A stretch of 64,000 nt of DNA from Thermoanaerobaculia bacterium (GTDB taxonomy: Bacteria; Acidobacteriota; Thermoanaerobaculia; Multivoradales; JBJKRB01). A program made the translations under genes and the position numbers. Below, piece after piece: positions 1 to 14,186 of the stretch. The notes beneath the pieces are model-generated. The model saw only the letters and a program-made list of their open reading frames with translations. It did no database searches and was not told the origin of the DNA. The stretch covers positions 15,003 to 79,002 of the forward strand of contig JBJKRB010000111.1 of NCBI GenBank assembly GCA_046704885.1. Direction: 5' to 3'. Position 1 is the first letter of the stretch. Each line of letters starts with the position of its first letter.

Positions 1-1026
1 CGGAAAATCCTGACCCCGGTCGACCGGTTGCAGCCGGCCAGCCAGGGGCTGGCGATCGGCGAAAGCGCTGGCGATCGCTTCGTGCGGCAAATGGAGGGCT
101 TCGCCCACTCCCACCGCGGCGAGAAGATTCTCGAGGTTGTAGCGCCCGAGGAGCCGGGATTCGAAGTCCAGCACTCCCCGTGGGGTCACCAGCGAACCGC
201 GAATTCCCTCGAGGTCAAGGGCGACCTCGAGCGGCCGAACATCGGCCAAGCTGTCCAGCTCGGCGGAGAAGGTCACCGAAGCCGGCCACTCCTGCCGCAA
301 CCGCCGGCCGTAGGGATCGTCGACCCCAATCACTCCCCTGGCGCGTGGCTTGAGCTGCTTGAACAGGCGACGCTTGCTGAGAAAGTAGTTTTCCAAGTCG
401 TGATGAAAATCGAGGTGATCCCGCGTCAGATTGGTAAAGACGGCGACATCGAATCTCGCTTCCGCGACCCTGCCTAAGGCCAGCGAGTGCGAAGAGACCT
501 CCATGGCCACGGCTTCGGCACCCGCCGCCCGCATCGACCGCAGGATGGCGAAAAGCTCGCTCGCTTCCGGCGTCGTCCGGCCGCTCTCGAGCTCGAGCTC
601 GGCGAAGCTGTATCCCAGCGTCCCAATGATTCCCGCCGGATGCCCGGCGTGGTCGAGGATGTCCGCCGCGAGCGTCGAGACCGTCGACTTGCCGTTGGTC
701 CCTGTCACTCCCACCATCACAAGCTCGCGGTCAGGATGCTCATAGAGGCGAGCGGCAAGCGGTGCAAGCAGCGCGTGGGGATCGCTCGCCGTCAAGCAAG
801 GCAGTGGCGCACCTTCCGGAGCCGGCGCGGTCACCAACGCCGCGACCGCTCCCCGCTCCGCCGCCATCGCAAGGAAGTCGCGGCCGTCATAGCGCGCGCC
901 CTGCCATCCGACGAACAGGTCTCCAGGTCCAACGCGGCGCGAGTCGTGCGCCAGACCCCTGACCTCGATCTCGAGGTCGGCGTTCCCCTCGACCGCGAGG
1001 CCACGCAGGAGGTCTCTGAGCCGCAT
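1..1026 (-). CDS. murE: UDP-N-acetylmuramoyl-tripeptide synthetase MurE (N-terminal part; 3' end lies beyond the window start)
   Basis: Absent from the ORF track because it runs off the window. My minus-strand translation from ATG at 1026 gives MRLRDLLRGL...VGVTGTNGKST...GRTTPE...MEVSSHSL...FTNLTRDHLDFH, which are Mur-ligase motifs. It has an ATGA overlap with the ftsI stop and sits in dcw gene order. Confidence 0.9.
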   Translation of the reverse strand, partial: MRLRDLLRGLAVEGNADLEIEVRGLAHDSRRVGPGDLFVGWQGARYDGRDFLAMAAERGAVAALVTAPAPEGAPLPCLTASDPHALLAPLAARLYEHPDRELVMVGVTGTNGKSTVSTLAADILDHAGHPAGIIGTLGYSFAELELESGRTTPEASELFAILRSMRAAGAEAVAMEVSSHSLALGRVAEARFDVAVFTNLTRDHLDFHHDLENYFLSKRRLFKQLKPRARGVIGVDDPYGRRLRQEWPASVTFSAELDSLADVRPLEVALDLEGIRGSLVTPRGVLDFESRLLGRYNLENLLAAVGVGEALHLPHEAIASAFADRQPLAGRLQPVDRGQDFP

Positions 1027-2978
1027 CAGGAGGCCCCCTCGCGTCGGCTTCCGAGCCACAGTCGAAGCCGGCCGTCGATCGATTGGAGCGGCGTCCCGGC
1101 GATGGGAGACTGGCGGGTCACGAAACCGTCGCCCACCAGATCGACCTTGAGCCCTAGAGAGCTCGACCGAACGACCGCCTGGCGCGCGCTCAGTCCCGAG
1201 AAGTCCGGGAGGTCGCCGGCCGGGACAGGATGCGAAGCGGTTCCTGGAGCGGTCTCCGTTGCCGGGGAGGAAGACCGCAGCGCCGCGAGCCGCACCGGCT
1301 CCTGAGGAGCGCGGTCCATTTCCGGCGGCACTCCGAGGTAGAGGAGCGCTTGCTCGACGATGTTGCGAAAGGCCGGCGCCGCCACGGTTCCGCCGTAGAT
1401 CGAACCATGGGGCTCGTCGACGGTGACCAGGCAGACGATGCGAGGATGGCGGGCGGGAGCAAATCCCACGAAGCTCGCGACGAACTTGGTGGGCGAGTAT
1501 CCCTCGCCCGCTACCGCTTTTTGCGCCGTTCCCGTCTTGCCCGCGACCCGATAACCGGGGATGGCCGCCCGCGTGCCCGTTCCCTCCTCGACGACCGCTT
1601 CGAGGAGCCGCTCGAGAGAGCGAGCCGTCGCCGCATCGATCACCCGCCGCACCGGCTCGCGCGGCTCCCGTTTCATCCAATCTCCGTCGCGCCCTTCTTC
1701 GGCGACCACATAGGGTCGATAAAGCAGGCCGCCGTTGGCGACGGCGGCGTACGCCATGGTGAGCTGCAGGGGAGTCACCGAGATCGACTGACCGAAGGAG
1801 ATATAGGCCACGGTCAGCGGTTTCCATTCGCGCAAGGGGTGGACGATCCCCGGACTCTCCCCCGGTAGATCGACTCCGGTCGGAGCGCCAAACCCGAACG
1901 CCGAGACCTCGTCGAAGAGACGCTGCGCGCCGACGGTCAAGCCGATCTTGATCGCTCCGACGTTGCTCGACTTCGCGATCACCTGACGAAAGGTCAGCAT
2001 CCCGAACGGCTCGTGGTCCTTGATCCTCACGCTCGCCAGGGTGATTCCGCCCATCTCACAGTTGATGCGATCGCTGGGATCGAAGAGATTGGCGCCGAGC
2101 GCCGCCGCCGCGGTGACCATCTTGAAGGTCGAGCCCGGCTCGTAGGCGTCCATGATCGCCCGGTCGCGCCAGGCGGAAGGCGGATACTCGCTGAACCGGT
2201 TGGCATCGAATCCGGGGACGCTAGCCATCGCGAGAATGGCGCCATCGTTAGGATCGACGACCACGGCGGTCGCGGAACGCGCTCGATAGCGCTCGACGGT
2301 GGCCTCGAGCTCGCGTTCGGCCATGTGCTGAATTGAGGCGTCGATCGTCAGCCTGAGGTCGGCGCCCGGCTGCGCCTCGACGCTCGAGAGCTGCGGATCG
2401 ACCACGGTGCCGCTGCGCGCGTCGCGCAGAACCGTTCGATCGACGGACCGGCCGCTCAGGGCACGGTTATAGACGAGCTCGAGTCCAGCCAGACCTTGAT
2501 CGTCCGTACCCACGTAGCCCAGCACCTGGGCGGCCGAGTCTCGCATCGGGTAGTAGCGCTTGCTCTCGCGCAGGAAGTAGATGCCGGGAAGGTCCATGGC
2601 TCGAACCGCGGCGGTCTGGGGAGGGTCGAGCTTGCGCGCCACCCAGACGAACTCCCGATCGAGCTTCAGCCGCCGGGCCAGCGCGGTCGCGCTGCCCCCA
2701 ACGATGGCGGTCAATCGACGCGCGGTGCGACGCGGGTCTTTTACCTGGCTGGGAACCGCATAGGCTGAGTCGACGCCAACCGACACCGCCAAGGTGCGTC
2801 CGGCTGCATCGTAGATGGTGCCGCGCGGAGGCTCGATCTCGACGATGCGCTGTTGCTGGCGGTCGGCGCGCTTCAAATAAGCGCCGTGGTCGACCACCTG
2901 CAGCTGATAGAGACGGGCGACGATCAACCCCATCCAAAGCGCGATCGCGACGAGCACGACAAGCGCTCGTCCTTTCAT
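1026..2978 (-). CDS. ftsI: Class B penicillin-binding protein / peptidoglycan D,D-transpeptidase FtsI with C-terminal PASTA-like domain
   Basis: 650 aa with an N-terminal TM. Transpeptidase motifs STFK (GSTFKMV), SSN and KTGT are present. It lies between ftsL and murE. Confidence 0.9.
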   Translation of the reverse strand: MKGRALVVLVAIALWMGLIVARLYQLQVVDHGAYLKRADRQQQRIVEIEPPRGTIYDAAGRTLAVSVGVDSAYAVPSQVKDPRRTARRLTAIVGGSATALARRLKLDREFVWVARKLDPPQTAAVRAMDLPGIYFLRESKRYYPMRDSAAQVLGYVGTDDQGLAGLELVYNRALSGRSVDRTVLRDARSGTVVDPQLSSVEAQPGADLRLTIDASIQHMAERELEATVERYRARSATAVVVDPNDGAILAMASVPGFDANRFSEYPPSAWRDRAIMDAYEPGSTFKMVTAAAALGANLFDPSDRINCEMGGITLASVRIKDHEPFGMLTFRQVIAKSSNVGAIKIGLTVGAQRLFDEVSAFGFGAPTGVDLPGESPGIVHPLREWKPLTVAYISFGQSISVTPLQLTMAYAAVANGGLLYRPYVVAEEGRDGDWMKREPREPVRRVIDAATARSLERLLEAVVEEGTGTRAAIPGYRVAGKTGTAQKAVAGEGYSPTKFVASFVGFAPARHPRIVCLVTVDEPHGSIYGGTVAAPAFRNIVEQALLYLGVPPEMDRAPQEPVRLAALRSSSPATETAPGTASHPVPAGDLPDFSGLSARQAVVRSSSLGLKVDLVGDGFVTRQSPIAGTPLQSIDGRLRLWLGSRREGAS

Positions 2979-3319
2979 CGCAGCCCCGGTAGGAAAACGA
3001 TCTGGCGGGCGTCGGGTGGCCGCATTCCGAGCTCGCTCGTGGCGCGTTGCTCGATCCGCTGCGGGCTCGCCATGTACGCAGCCTCGAGCTGCAGCTGGCG
3101 CTCGCTGCGGGTGAGATCTTCCGATTGGCGCTCGAGCTGATGAATGCGATAGCCGGCCCGGTAGACCTGGACGTGAATCCAGATGTTCGCCAGGAGCCCC
3201 GCCGCCAGGGGGAGAAGAAGGACCACCACCCAGAGCAGCTCGCGCAGCCGGCGGCGATCACGCTCTCGTACTAGGTAGGCATTGTCGACCCGACGGCGGA
3301 TGGCATAAGCGCTGGGCAC
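2975..3319 (-). CDS. ftsL: Cell division protein FtsL-like (small bitopic coiled-coil protein)
   Basis: 114 aa with a single TM (LLWVVVLLLPLAAGLLANIWI) followed by a coiled-coil. It lies between rsmH and ftsI with a 4-nt overlap onto ftsI. Confidence 0.7.
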   Translation of the reverse strand: MPSAYAIRRRVDNAYLVRERDRRRLRELLWVVVLLLPLAAGLLANIWIHVQVYRAGYRIHQLERQSEDLTRSERQLQLEAAYMASPQRIEQRATSELGMRPPDARQIVFLPGLR

Positions 3320-3322
3320 GTC

Positions 3323-4249
3323 TCACAGTCTCCGGGCCGCCCGCAAGCGCGCCGAGCGGGCGCGTGGATTGGCCTCGATCTCGTCCTGGCCCGGCCTCAC
3401 CGGCTTGCCGGTCAGAAGCTCGATGGCGCGGGTCTCGGAACGTGTCCTGCCGGTCACCGGATCAACCTCTCCGCGCGCCAGATTGCGCAAAGTGTGCTTG
3501 ACCAGGCGATCCTCGAGGCTGTGATAGGAGATGACGACCAGACGCCCATCCTGGTCGAGAAGAGTCACCGCTTGGTCGAGAAGCTGTTCGAGGCCGGCGA
3601 GCTCCTGATTGACCTCGATGCGCAAGGCCTGAAAGACGCGCGTCGCGGGGTCGACACGACCCTCACGCCGCGATCGCCCGCCCTTGGCGGCGCGGATGAC
3701 CCGGCGCAACTCACCGGTCGTGACGATCGGAGCATTCCGTCTAGCGGCGACGATCGATCGCGCGACTCTGCGGGCCTGCCGCTCCTCTCCGTACTCTCTG
3801 AAGATCCTCTCCAACTGCTCCTCCGAGTATCCGTTCACCACATCCGCCGCGGTTATTCCCTCTGGGTTCATTCGCATATCGAGCGGTCCCTCCAGTCGAA
3901 AGCTGAAGCCCCTTTCTGGGCGGTCGAGTTGGAGGGAAGAGACCCCCAAATCGACCAGAATCCCAGCGACCCTTTGCTGGCCCCGCGCCGCAAGGATCGC
4001 GCCCAGCTCGGAAAAGTTCCCGGCCACGATCGCCACGCGATCGCCAAAGCGCGCCAAACGCTCGGCCGCGATCGCCCGAGCCTCCGGGTCGCGGTCGATC
4101 CCGACGAGCGTTGCGCTCGGTGCTGCCTCGAGCAACGCCTCCGCGTGTCCACCGAGGCCGAGTGTGGCGTCCACGAACACTCCCCCGCGCCGTGGATCGA
4201 GGTACTCGATCACTCGTGCCGCGAGGACGGGGAGGTGCCGAGTCTCCAA
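3323..4249 (-). CDS. rsmH: 16S rRNA (cytosine1402-N4)-methyltransferase RsmH
   Basis: 308 aa with HLPVL, DATLGLGGH, YHSLEDR and NPRARSA motifs typical of MraW/RsmH. It follows mraZ. Confidence 0.95.
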   Translation of the reverse strand: METRHLPVLAARVIEYLDPRRGGVFVDATLGLGGHAEALLEAAPSATLVGIDRDPEARAIAAERLARFGDRVAIVAGNFSELGAILAARGQQRVAGILVDLGVSSLQLDRPERGFSFRLEGPLDMRMNPEGITAADVVNGYSEEQLERIFREYGEERQARRVARSIVAARRNAPIVTTGELRRVIRAAKGGRSRREGRVDPATRVFQALRIEVNQELAGLEQLLDQAVTLLDQDGRLVVISYHSLEDRLVKHTLRNLARGEVDPVTGRTRSETRAIELLTGKPVRPGQDEIEANPRARSARLRAARRL

Positions 4250-4291
4250 CGATTCAAGGAACCTTCAACCAGCTGCGACGGCGCGTCATCA

Positions 4292-4732
4292 TCAAATGTC
4301 GTGCTCGCTCAGGTAGCGGAAGTCATCATTGGTAAACGGCTCATCGTCAAAGCGCTGCAGGAGCCGCTCGTGGTTCCACACTTCGAGATGGTCGAGGCGG
4401 CCGTTGACCACGACCTCCCCGTTCATCTCAGAGCTCTCACGCAGGATCTGAGGGACCAGGACCCTTCCCTGTCCGTCGACTTTGGCTTGCTGGCCGTAGT
4501 AGTTCACCCGTTCGAGGAAGCGCTGCTTCACGCGATCCGTTGACGGCATGGCCGCGAGCCGGTTTTCGATCTCTTCCCAGACGGACAGCGGATAGAGCAG
4601 CACCGAGGTCCCCAACACCGAGGTCAAGAAGACTTCCGGACCGTAGCGCTCAGCGAGGAGTCGCCGGAACTCCGTCGGGACTTTCAGACGCCCCTTCTCG
4701 TCGATCTTCGTCGCCGCGCTGCCTCGAAACAT
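4292..4732 (-). CDS. mraZ: Transcriptional regulator MraZ
   Basis: 146 aa starting MFRGS...KIDEKGRLKVP with a second DGQGRVLVP repeat, giving the two SpoVT/AbrB-like MraZ halves. It is the first gene of the dcw cluster, with an AAGGAG RBS upstream. Confidence 0.95.
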   Translation of the reverse strand: MFRGSAATKIDEKGRLKVPTEFRRLLAERYGPEVFLTSVLGTSVLLYPLSVWEEIENRLAAMPSTDRVKQRFLERVNYYGQQAKVDGQGRVLVPQILRESSEMNGEVVVNGRLDHLEVWNHERLLQRFDDEPFTNDDFRYLSEHDI

Positions 4733-4768
4733 GGTCCGACCCGCTCCTTACGGGATTCCTAAGGCCGA

Positions 4769-4808
4769 ACTGTAGCATTTGAATCCATTTTTGTCCACTT
4801 TTGTCCAC
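4769..4808 (-). promoter_or_regulatory. Putative dcw (Pmra) promoter overlapping three 10-bp-phased MraZ boxes
   Basis: The minus strand reads GTGGACAAAA GTGGACAAAA ATGGATTCAA (4808 to 4779). A -35-like TGGACA (4792-4797) is separated by a 17-nt spacer from a -10-like TACAGT (4769-4774), about 40 nt upstream of the mraZ ATG. This is the only AT-rich patch in the gap. Confidence 0.55.
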
Positions 4809-4869
4809 CATTGAGCGCTACGCGATGGACGCCAGCCTCAGGGCCGCGAATGCCGCCCTTCTCTAGCCC

Positions 4870-6045
4870 TTAGTGGACGGGAGGCGGGGCGTCGCTGGGT
4901 TTCTGGGGGACCGGCGGAATCGGTTTCGCCGCGGGTGGCGGTGTTGGTGTCGACGCCGGCTTTGAGCGATCCGATTTGACGGTGCTGGGAGCCGCGGTCG
5001 CGGCGGTTTCCTTGAGCGCCGAGGCATGCTCTTGAGAGGAATCCTCAAAAGCGTTGGTGCGGTATCCCGCCGCTTCGGCGGGAGGATCGGAATAGATATA
5101 GGACTCGGCCGCGAGCTTTCTGAGGTAGACATCCAACGCGTTGCTCGCAAGCCGGTTCCTCTCCAACATCTCGATCCGCGCCTGCACCTCCTTGAACGGC
5201 TTGAGCTTCTCGTCCTTGCGTTCAAGCATTTGGACGATGTGCAAACCCCCACGGCCCTTGACCGGCTGGCTGATCTCACCAGCCTTCAGGTCCTTGACCG
5301 CCTCGGCGATCGCCGGGTCGAGATCACCGGGCTTGACCCAACCGAGGTCGATTGCCTTGCTGGTCTCCCCCGCCTTCTCGTAGTCCGCGATCGCCGCATC
5401 CATCGCCCGCCCCTGCACCAGGCGATTGCGGATATCGGTCGCGATCTTTTCCTGCTGCTCCGGGGTCATGCCGTCGCCGCCGAGAACGACGACCTCGCGC
5501 AGATGCATCTCGGCGGGTTCGGTGAACTCAGCGTGATGCGCGTCATAGTAGCCGCGAACCTCTTGCGGCGTCACCTTGATCTTCGATCCGACCTCGCGCG
5601 CTACGACCTCGTGAATCACCAGGTTACGCGCCACCTGTTTGCGGAACTGGGCTTCGGTCATTCCGCTCTGGGCGAGCGCGGCGCGGAATTGCTGGTCATT
5701 GGTTATGCCGAAGTTCTTCCGTGTTTCCTCTACCGCCTGGTCGATCTGCGTCTGATTGGCGTGGATGTCCATCTGGTCTGCGCGGGAAAGGAGGAGCAGC
5801 TCCTGATAGATGTCGCGCATGGTGGCAACCGGCGTGTCCTCCGTGAGCTTTTCTCGCTGCTCATCGCTCAAGTTCGGGGCCCGGCGCAGGGCCGCGAGCC
5901 GGTCCGCCTTGCGCTGCTGATAGTCGAGCAGCGTCGCGATCCGATCATTCACGCGCAGGACGATCCGGTCGACATCGACGCTCGCAAAGAGCGGGAGCGC
6001 GGCGAGGCTCAAGAGGACAAATAGAGCAATCAGCTTACGATTCAT
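4870..6045 (-). CDS. SurA-like periplasmic chaperone / parvulin-type peptidyl-prolyl isomerase with Pro-rich C-terminal tail
   Basis: 391 aa with a signal peptide (LLSLAALPLFA) and a SurA_N-like region. A rotamase segment is present (IDLGWVKPGDL...GEISQPVKGRGGLHIVQ). The tail reads PTPPPAAKPIPPVPQKPSDAPPP. Confidence 0.8.
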   Translation of the reverse strand: MNRKLIALFVLLSLAALPLFASVDVDRIVLRVNDRIATLLDYQQRKADRLAALRRAPNLSDEQREKLTEDTPVATMRDIYQELLLLSRADQMDIHANQTQIDQAVEETRKNFGITNDQQFRAALAQSGMTEAQFRKQVARNLVIHEVVAREVGSKIKVTPQEVRGYYDAHHAEFTEPAEMHLREVVVLGGDGMTPEQQEKIATDIRNRLVQGRAMDAAIADYEKAGETSKAIDLGWVKPGDLDPAIAEAVKDLKAGEISQPVKGRGGLHIVQMLERKDEKLKPFKEVQARIEMLERNRLASNALDVYLRKLAAESYIYSDPPAEAAGYRTNAFEDSSQEHASALKETAATAAPSTVKSDRSKPASTPTPPPAAKPIPPVPQKPSDAPPPVH

Positions 6046-6067
6046 CGACCCTTCCTGTCTCTCTTAC

Positions 6068-6888
6068 TCAAAAGCTGCCGCGGTAGGTAAACGGTAGGTT
6101 CTTGCGAAACACCTGGACATTGTACCGGTGTTCCGCCTCGCTGAACAGCCTCGCCAGGGCCTTCTTGCTCTCCTGCCCGCGCAGAAGCGCCGCGATCTCC
6201 GGAGCAGCCTCGCTCATGGGCTCACGCCCCGCCGGCCATCTCTTGCTGACCTCAAACAGGTGGAAGCCGTACTCGGCGGGAACGACGGCGCTCACCTCAC
6301 CCACTTTCAGGGCGAAGATCACGGTAGCGAAGGCGGCGGGAAGGTCGCTCCTCGACAGGACGCCCTGGTCGCCGCCATAGGGCGCGCTCGGATCGCGCGA
6401 GATCCGCTTCGCCACGTCCTCGAACTTGCTGCCGGCGAGAATCTCCTTGCGGGCCTTTTCCGCAACCGCACGGTCGCTGGTGAGAATCTGGAAGAGATGG
6501 ACCCGCTCGGGGCGCTCGAAATCGCCCTCATGCTGCTTGTAGTAGGCCTCGATTCCGCCAGGCGAGGGGGCCCACCCCTTCTCCTGCGCTAGCAGGCTCT
6601 CGGCCGCCTTGCGCGCATCGCTGTCCGGAGCCACGAGATTCCGGTCCACCGCCAACCGCAGCAAGAGCTGTTCGCGTAAGAACTCATCGAAGAGCTCCGA
6701 CAGGAGCTCGTTCGACAGCGGCCCAGCGCCGCTCGCGTTGCGCGCCAGATAGACCTCGAAGCGAGCATAGGGCACCGCCTGCTCGCCGATCAGAGCCGCC
6801 ACCTCGGGTCCGGGAGGAACGCGCCGCCCGCATCCGCTCGCAATCAGGGCGAGCAACGCAACCCCGGATATCGCGAGCGCCAGCCTTC

Positions 6889-6892
<4 letters not shown>
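6068..6892 (-). CDS. Parvulin-type peptidyl-prolyl isomerase lipoprotein (PrsA/PpiC-like)
   Basis: 274 aa with a lipobox (LIASGC) and a rotamase segment (GGDQGVLSRSDLPAAF...GEVSAVVPAEYGFHLFEV). Confidence 0.8.
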
Positions 6893-10323
<3,431 letters not shown>

Positions 10324-10373
10324 TAGATCAGTCTAATCGAGCTCATACCGAAGCAGGCCCACGATGGTAGGAT

Positions 10374-11846
10374 TTGCGGATCTTGCGCCAAATGTCCAAG
10401 AGAACCATGCGCCCCCTTCACTTCGTATTCTTGGCCGTCATTGTGGGTTGCGCCCTTTGGGCGACAACCGGAATCGCAAACCCTGCACAGCAGCCGTCGA
10501 GTCACTCCGCGACTACGGCCACCGGTTCTCAGACGAAGAGCGCCGACGGCTCGTCCCCGTCGCACACCTCCGACCATCCCCCGGTGGGCCCGGTCCTCGT
10601 TGGGCTCGTGATCATTCTCGCGGCGGCGAAGGTTGGCGGCGAAGTTGCCGAGCGCTTCCGCCAGCCGGCGGTCCTCGGCGAGCTCATCATTGGCGTCGCG
10701 GTCGGCAATCTTGGCTTGATCGGCATCCATTCCCTGGGCTTCCTCGTTCACAACCCGTCCATCTACGTTCTCTCGGAGATCGGCGTCGTCATTCTCCTCT
10801 TCGAGGTCGGGCTGGAATCGAACGTCTCGGAGATGCTGTCGGTAGGGCCTTCGAGCTTCCTCGTCGCTACGCTGGGCGTTATCGCTCCGTTCTTCCTGGG
10901 CTGGTGGCTCTCCGCCTGGATGCTGCCATCCGAACCGACCCTCGCCCACATCTTCATCGGCGCAACATTGTGCGCGACGAGCGTCGGGATCACGGCGCGT
11001 GTCCTTACCGATCTGGGAAAGGTGGCGACGCGCGAGGCCAAGATCATTCTCGGCGCCGCCGTGATCGACGACGTCTTGGGATTGGTGATCCTGGCCGTCG
11101 TCGCCGGGCTGATAACCGCAGCCGACACCGGCAAGCACCTTCAGAGTCTCGACATCTTGTGGATCGTCGTGAAGGCAACGCTGTTCATGGTCGGGGCGAT
11201 CGGCATCGGCTCGTGGATATCGCCTCGTCTCTTCCACCTGGCGAGCCACCTGCGGATCAAGGGAATGCTTCTCACGGTTTCGCTTCTCTTCTGCTTCGCC
11301 CTCTCCTATCTCGCCAACGTCATCGGCCTTGCCCCCATCGTGGGCGCCTTCGCCGCGGGGATGATTCTCGACGAGGTGCACTACAAGGACTTCCTGGACC
11401 GCGGCGAGCATGAGCTCGGCGATTTGATCCATCCGATCGCGATCTTTCTCGTCCCCATATTCTTCATTCACATGGGCCTGCGAGTCGATCTCGCGACCTT
11501 CGGCCACAGCGAAGTGCTCGACTTCGCGCTCCTCCTCTCCCTCGCCGCGATGATCGGCAAGGGGATCTGCGCGGCTGGCGTCCTCGAGCGCGGAATCGAT
11601 CGGCTCTCCGTCGCGGTGGGGATGATCCCGAGGGGAGAGGTGGGGCTCATCTTCGCCGGTATCGGCTCCACCATGCTCATTCAAGGCGAAAGGGTCATCG
11701 TTCCCTCGGTCTATTCGGCCGTGGTCATCATGGTCATTCTGACCACCGTCATTACCCCGCCCATCTTGAAGGTGACTCTGGCTCGCGGCGACCGCAAGAA
11801 GGCGGCGCGGGCCCAACGGCAACTCGAGAAGGGCAATCAGTCGTGA
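10374..11846 (+). CDS. Cation:proton antiporter (CPA2/Kef-type Na+/H+ exchanger family)
   Basis: 490 aa, polytopic, with an LGELIIGVAVGNLG motif and about 12 hydrophobic segments. The start is uncertain, with alternative in-frame Met codons near the N-terminus. Confidence 0.85.
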   Translation: MRILRQMSKRTMRPLHFVFLAVIVGCALWATTGIANPAQQPSSHSATTATGSQTKSADGSSPSHTSDHPPVGPVLVGLVIILAAAKVGGEVAERFRQPAVLGELIIGVAVGNLGLIGIHSLGFLVHNPSIYVLSEIGVVILLFEVGLESNVSEMLSVGPSSFLVATLGVIAPFFLGWWLSAWMLPSEPTLAHIFIGATLCATSVGITARVLTDLGKVATREAKIILGAAVIDDVLGLVILAVVAGLITAADTGKHLQSLDILWIVVKATLFMVGAIGIGSWISPRLFHLASHLRIKGMLLTVSLLFCFALSYLANVIGLAPIVGAFAAGMILDEVHYKDFLDRGEHELGDLIHPIAIFLVPIFFIHMGLRVDLATFGHSEVLDFALLLSLAAMIGKGICAAGVLERGIDRLSVAVGMIPRGEVGLIFAGIGSTMLIQGERVIVPSVYSAVVIMVILTTVITPPILKVTLARGDRKKAARAQRQLEKGNQS

Positions 11847-12190
11847 GGGTGAGGCTGGGGTCGAGAGCCGCTTTCCGCGTGCGCTTGCGGGGCGGAGGAT
11901 ACCGGCGCGTCGACGGAGCTCTTCGCCCGTTCGGGAAGGATGATCACGACATCGCCGGATTTGACCAGCCCCAGCTCCTGGCGCGCTAGCCTTTCGAGCT
12001 CGGTCGGGTCGTCGCGCAACCTGCGGATACGATCGCTGAGCTCACCGATGTGCTCCTGCGTCTTGCCGATCCGCTCGCTGAGCGCTCGTTCCCGGCCACG
12101 GGCGGCGCGCAAATCCCCGTAGCTCTTCACAGCCGCGAGCGACAGGCCGGCCGATCCCAGGAGCACCGCCCACAGAACCCAGGTACGCAT
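11837..12190 (-). CDS. ftsB: Septum formation initiator FtsB/DivIC-like
   Basis: This is the internal Met of track ORF 11837..12688. It reads MRTWVLWAVLLGSAGLSLAAV (TM), then a coiled-coil, then ERLARQELGLVKSGDVV. It lies directly downstream of eno, the classical eno-ftsB pair. The longer ORF overlaps eno and is discounted. Confidence 0.7.
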   Translation of the reverse strand: MRTWVLWAVLLGSAGLSLAAVKSYGDLRAARGRERALSERIGKTQEHIGELSDRIRRLRDDPTELERLARQELGLVKSGDVVIILPERAKSSVDAPVSSAPQAHAESGSRPQPHPHD

Positions 12191-12222
12191 CCGCGACCGT
12201 GTTCCGGCCCTAGCTCGCTCGT

Positions 12223-13533
<1,311 letters not shown>

Positions 13534-13654
13534 TCACTTGGGAACGAGCGGTTGTCTGGATCGGAGCTAGCGCCGTGGCAAGCGTAAACGGAATTCACGG
13601 AACCCACAAGCCCCATCGCGGTTTGCACTACGAGGCGATGTTATCGTAGCCGCG

Positions 13655-14128
13655 ATGCCGAGGTTGGGGAAGTTGCTTGCCCCGGACGGGAAAGCGTCGA
13701 CCGCGGTCGTCTGGGTGCTCGCGACGTTGTCGCTCCTCTGCGTTGCGGCGATTCGCGGAGCACGGGCGGATCTGCCCTCGGCCGTGGTCGCTGGTGGTAA
13801 TCCCCTCAGCCGCACCGACCAAGCATCTGCCCAGTGGTGGAGCTTCCTCGAGCGGGTCGACCAGCGCCTGCCGTCTGGCGCCAGCGCCGTGGTCTACGCA
13901 CAAGACCCGGCCACCAGCATGAAGGCCTTCATGCTCGCTTTGGGCGCTCTGCCCCACCTCTCCCTGCGTCCCTATTGGTATTTTGGAGTCGAGCACCACG
14001 AAGCGGTCCTCAACAGCGACTTCCTCCTCAGCTACGGCTGCACCACACCACCAGGGCTCGCTCGACGGAGGATCCTGATTCAAGGCAAGGCCGGCTGCGT
14101 CTTCAAGCTCGGCAGGGGGAGACCGTGA
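13655..14128 (+). CDS. Hypothetical exported/anchored protein
   Basis: 157 aa with an N-terminal hydrophobic segment (VVWVLATLSLLCVAAI). I recognise no motif, and an antisense ORF of similar size exists, so coding status is uncertain. Confidence 0.35.
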   Translation: MPRLGKLLAPDGKASTAVVWVLATLSLLCVAAIRGARADLPSAVVAGGNPLSRTDQASAQWWSFLERVDQRLPSGASAVVYAQDPATSMKAFMLALGALPHLSLRPYWYFGVEHHEAVLNSDFLLSYGCTTPPGLARRRILIQGKAGCVFKLGRGRP

Positions 14129-14186
14129 AGCACGGCCGCGCCCAGCACCAGGGATCTCGGATCCGCCCCGGCAGAACGGCGCACAG

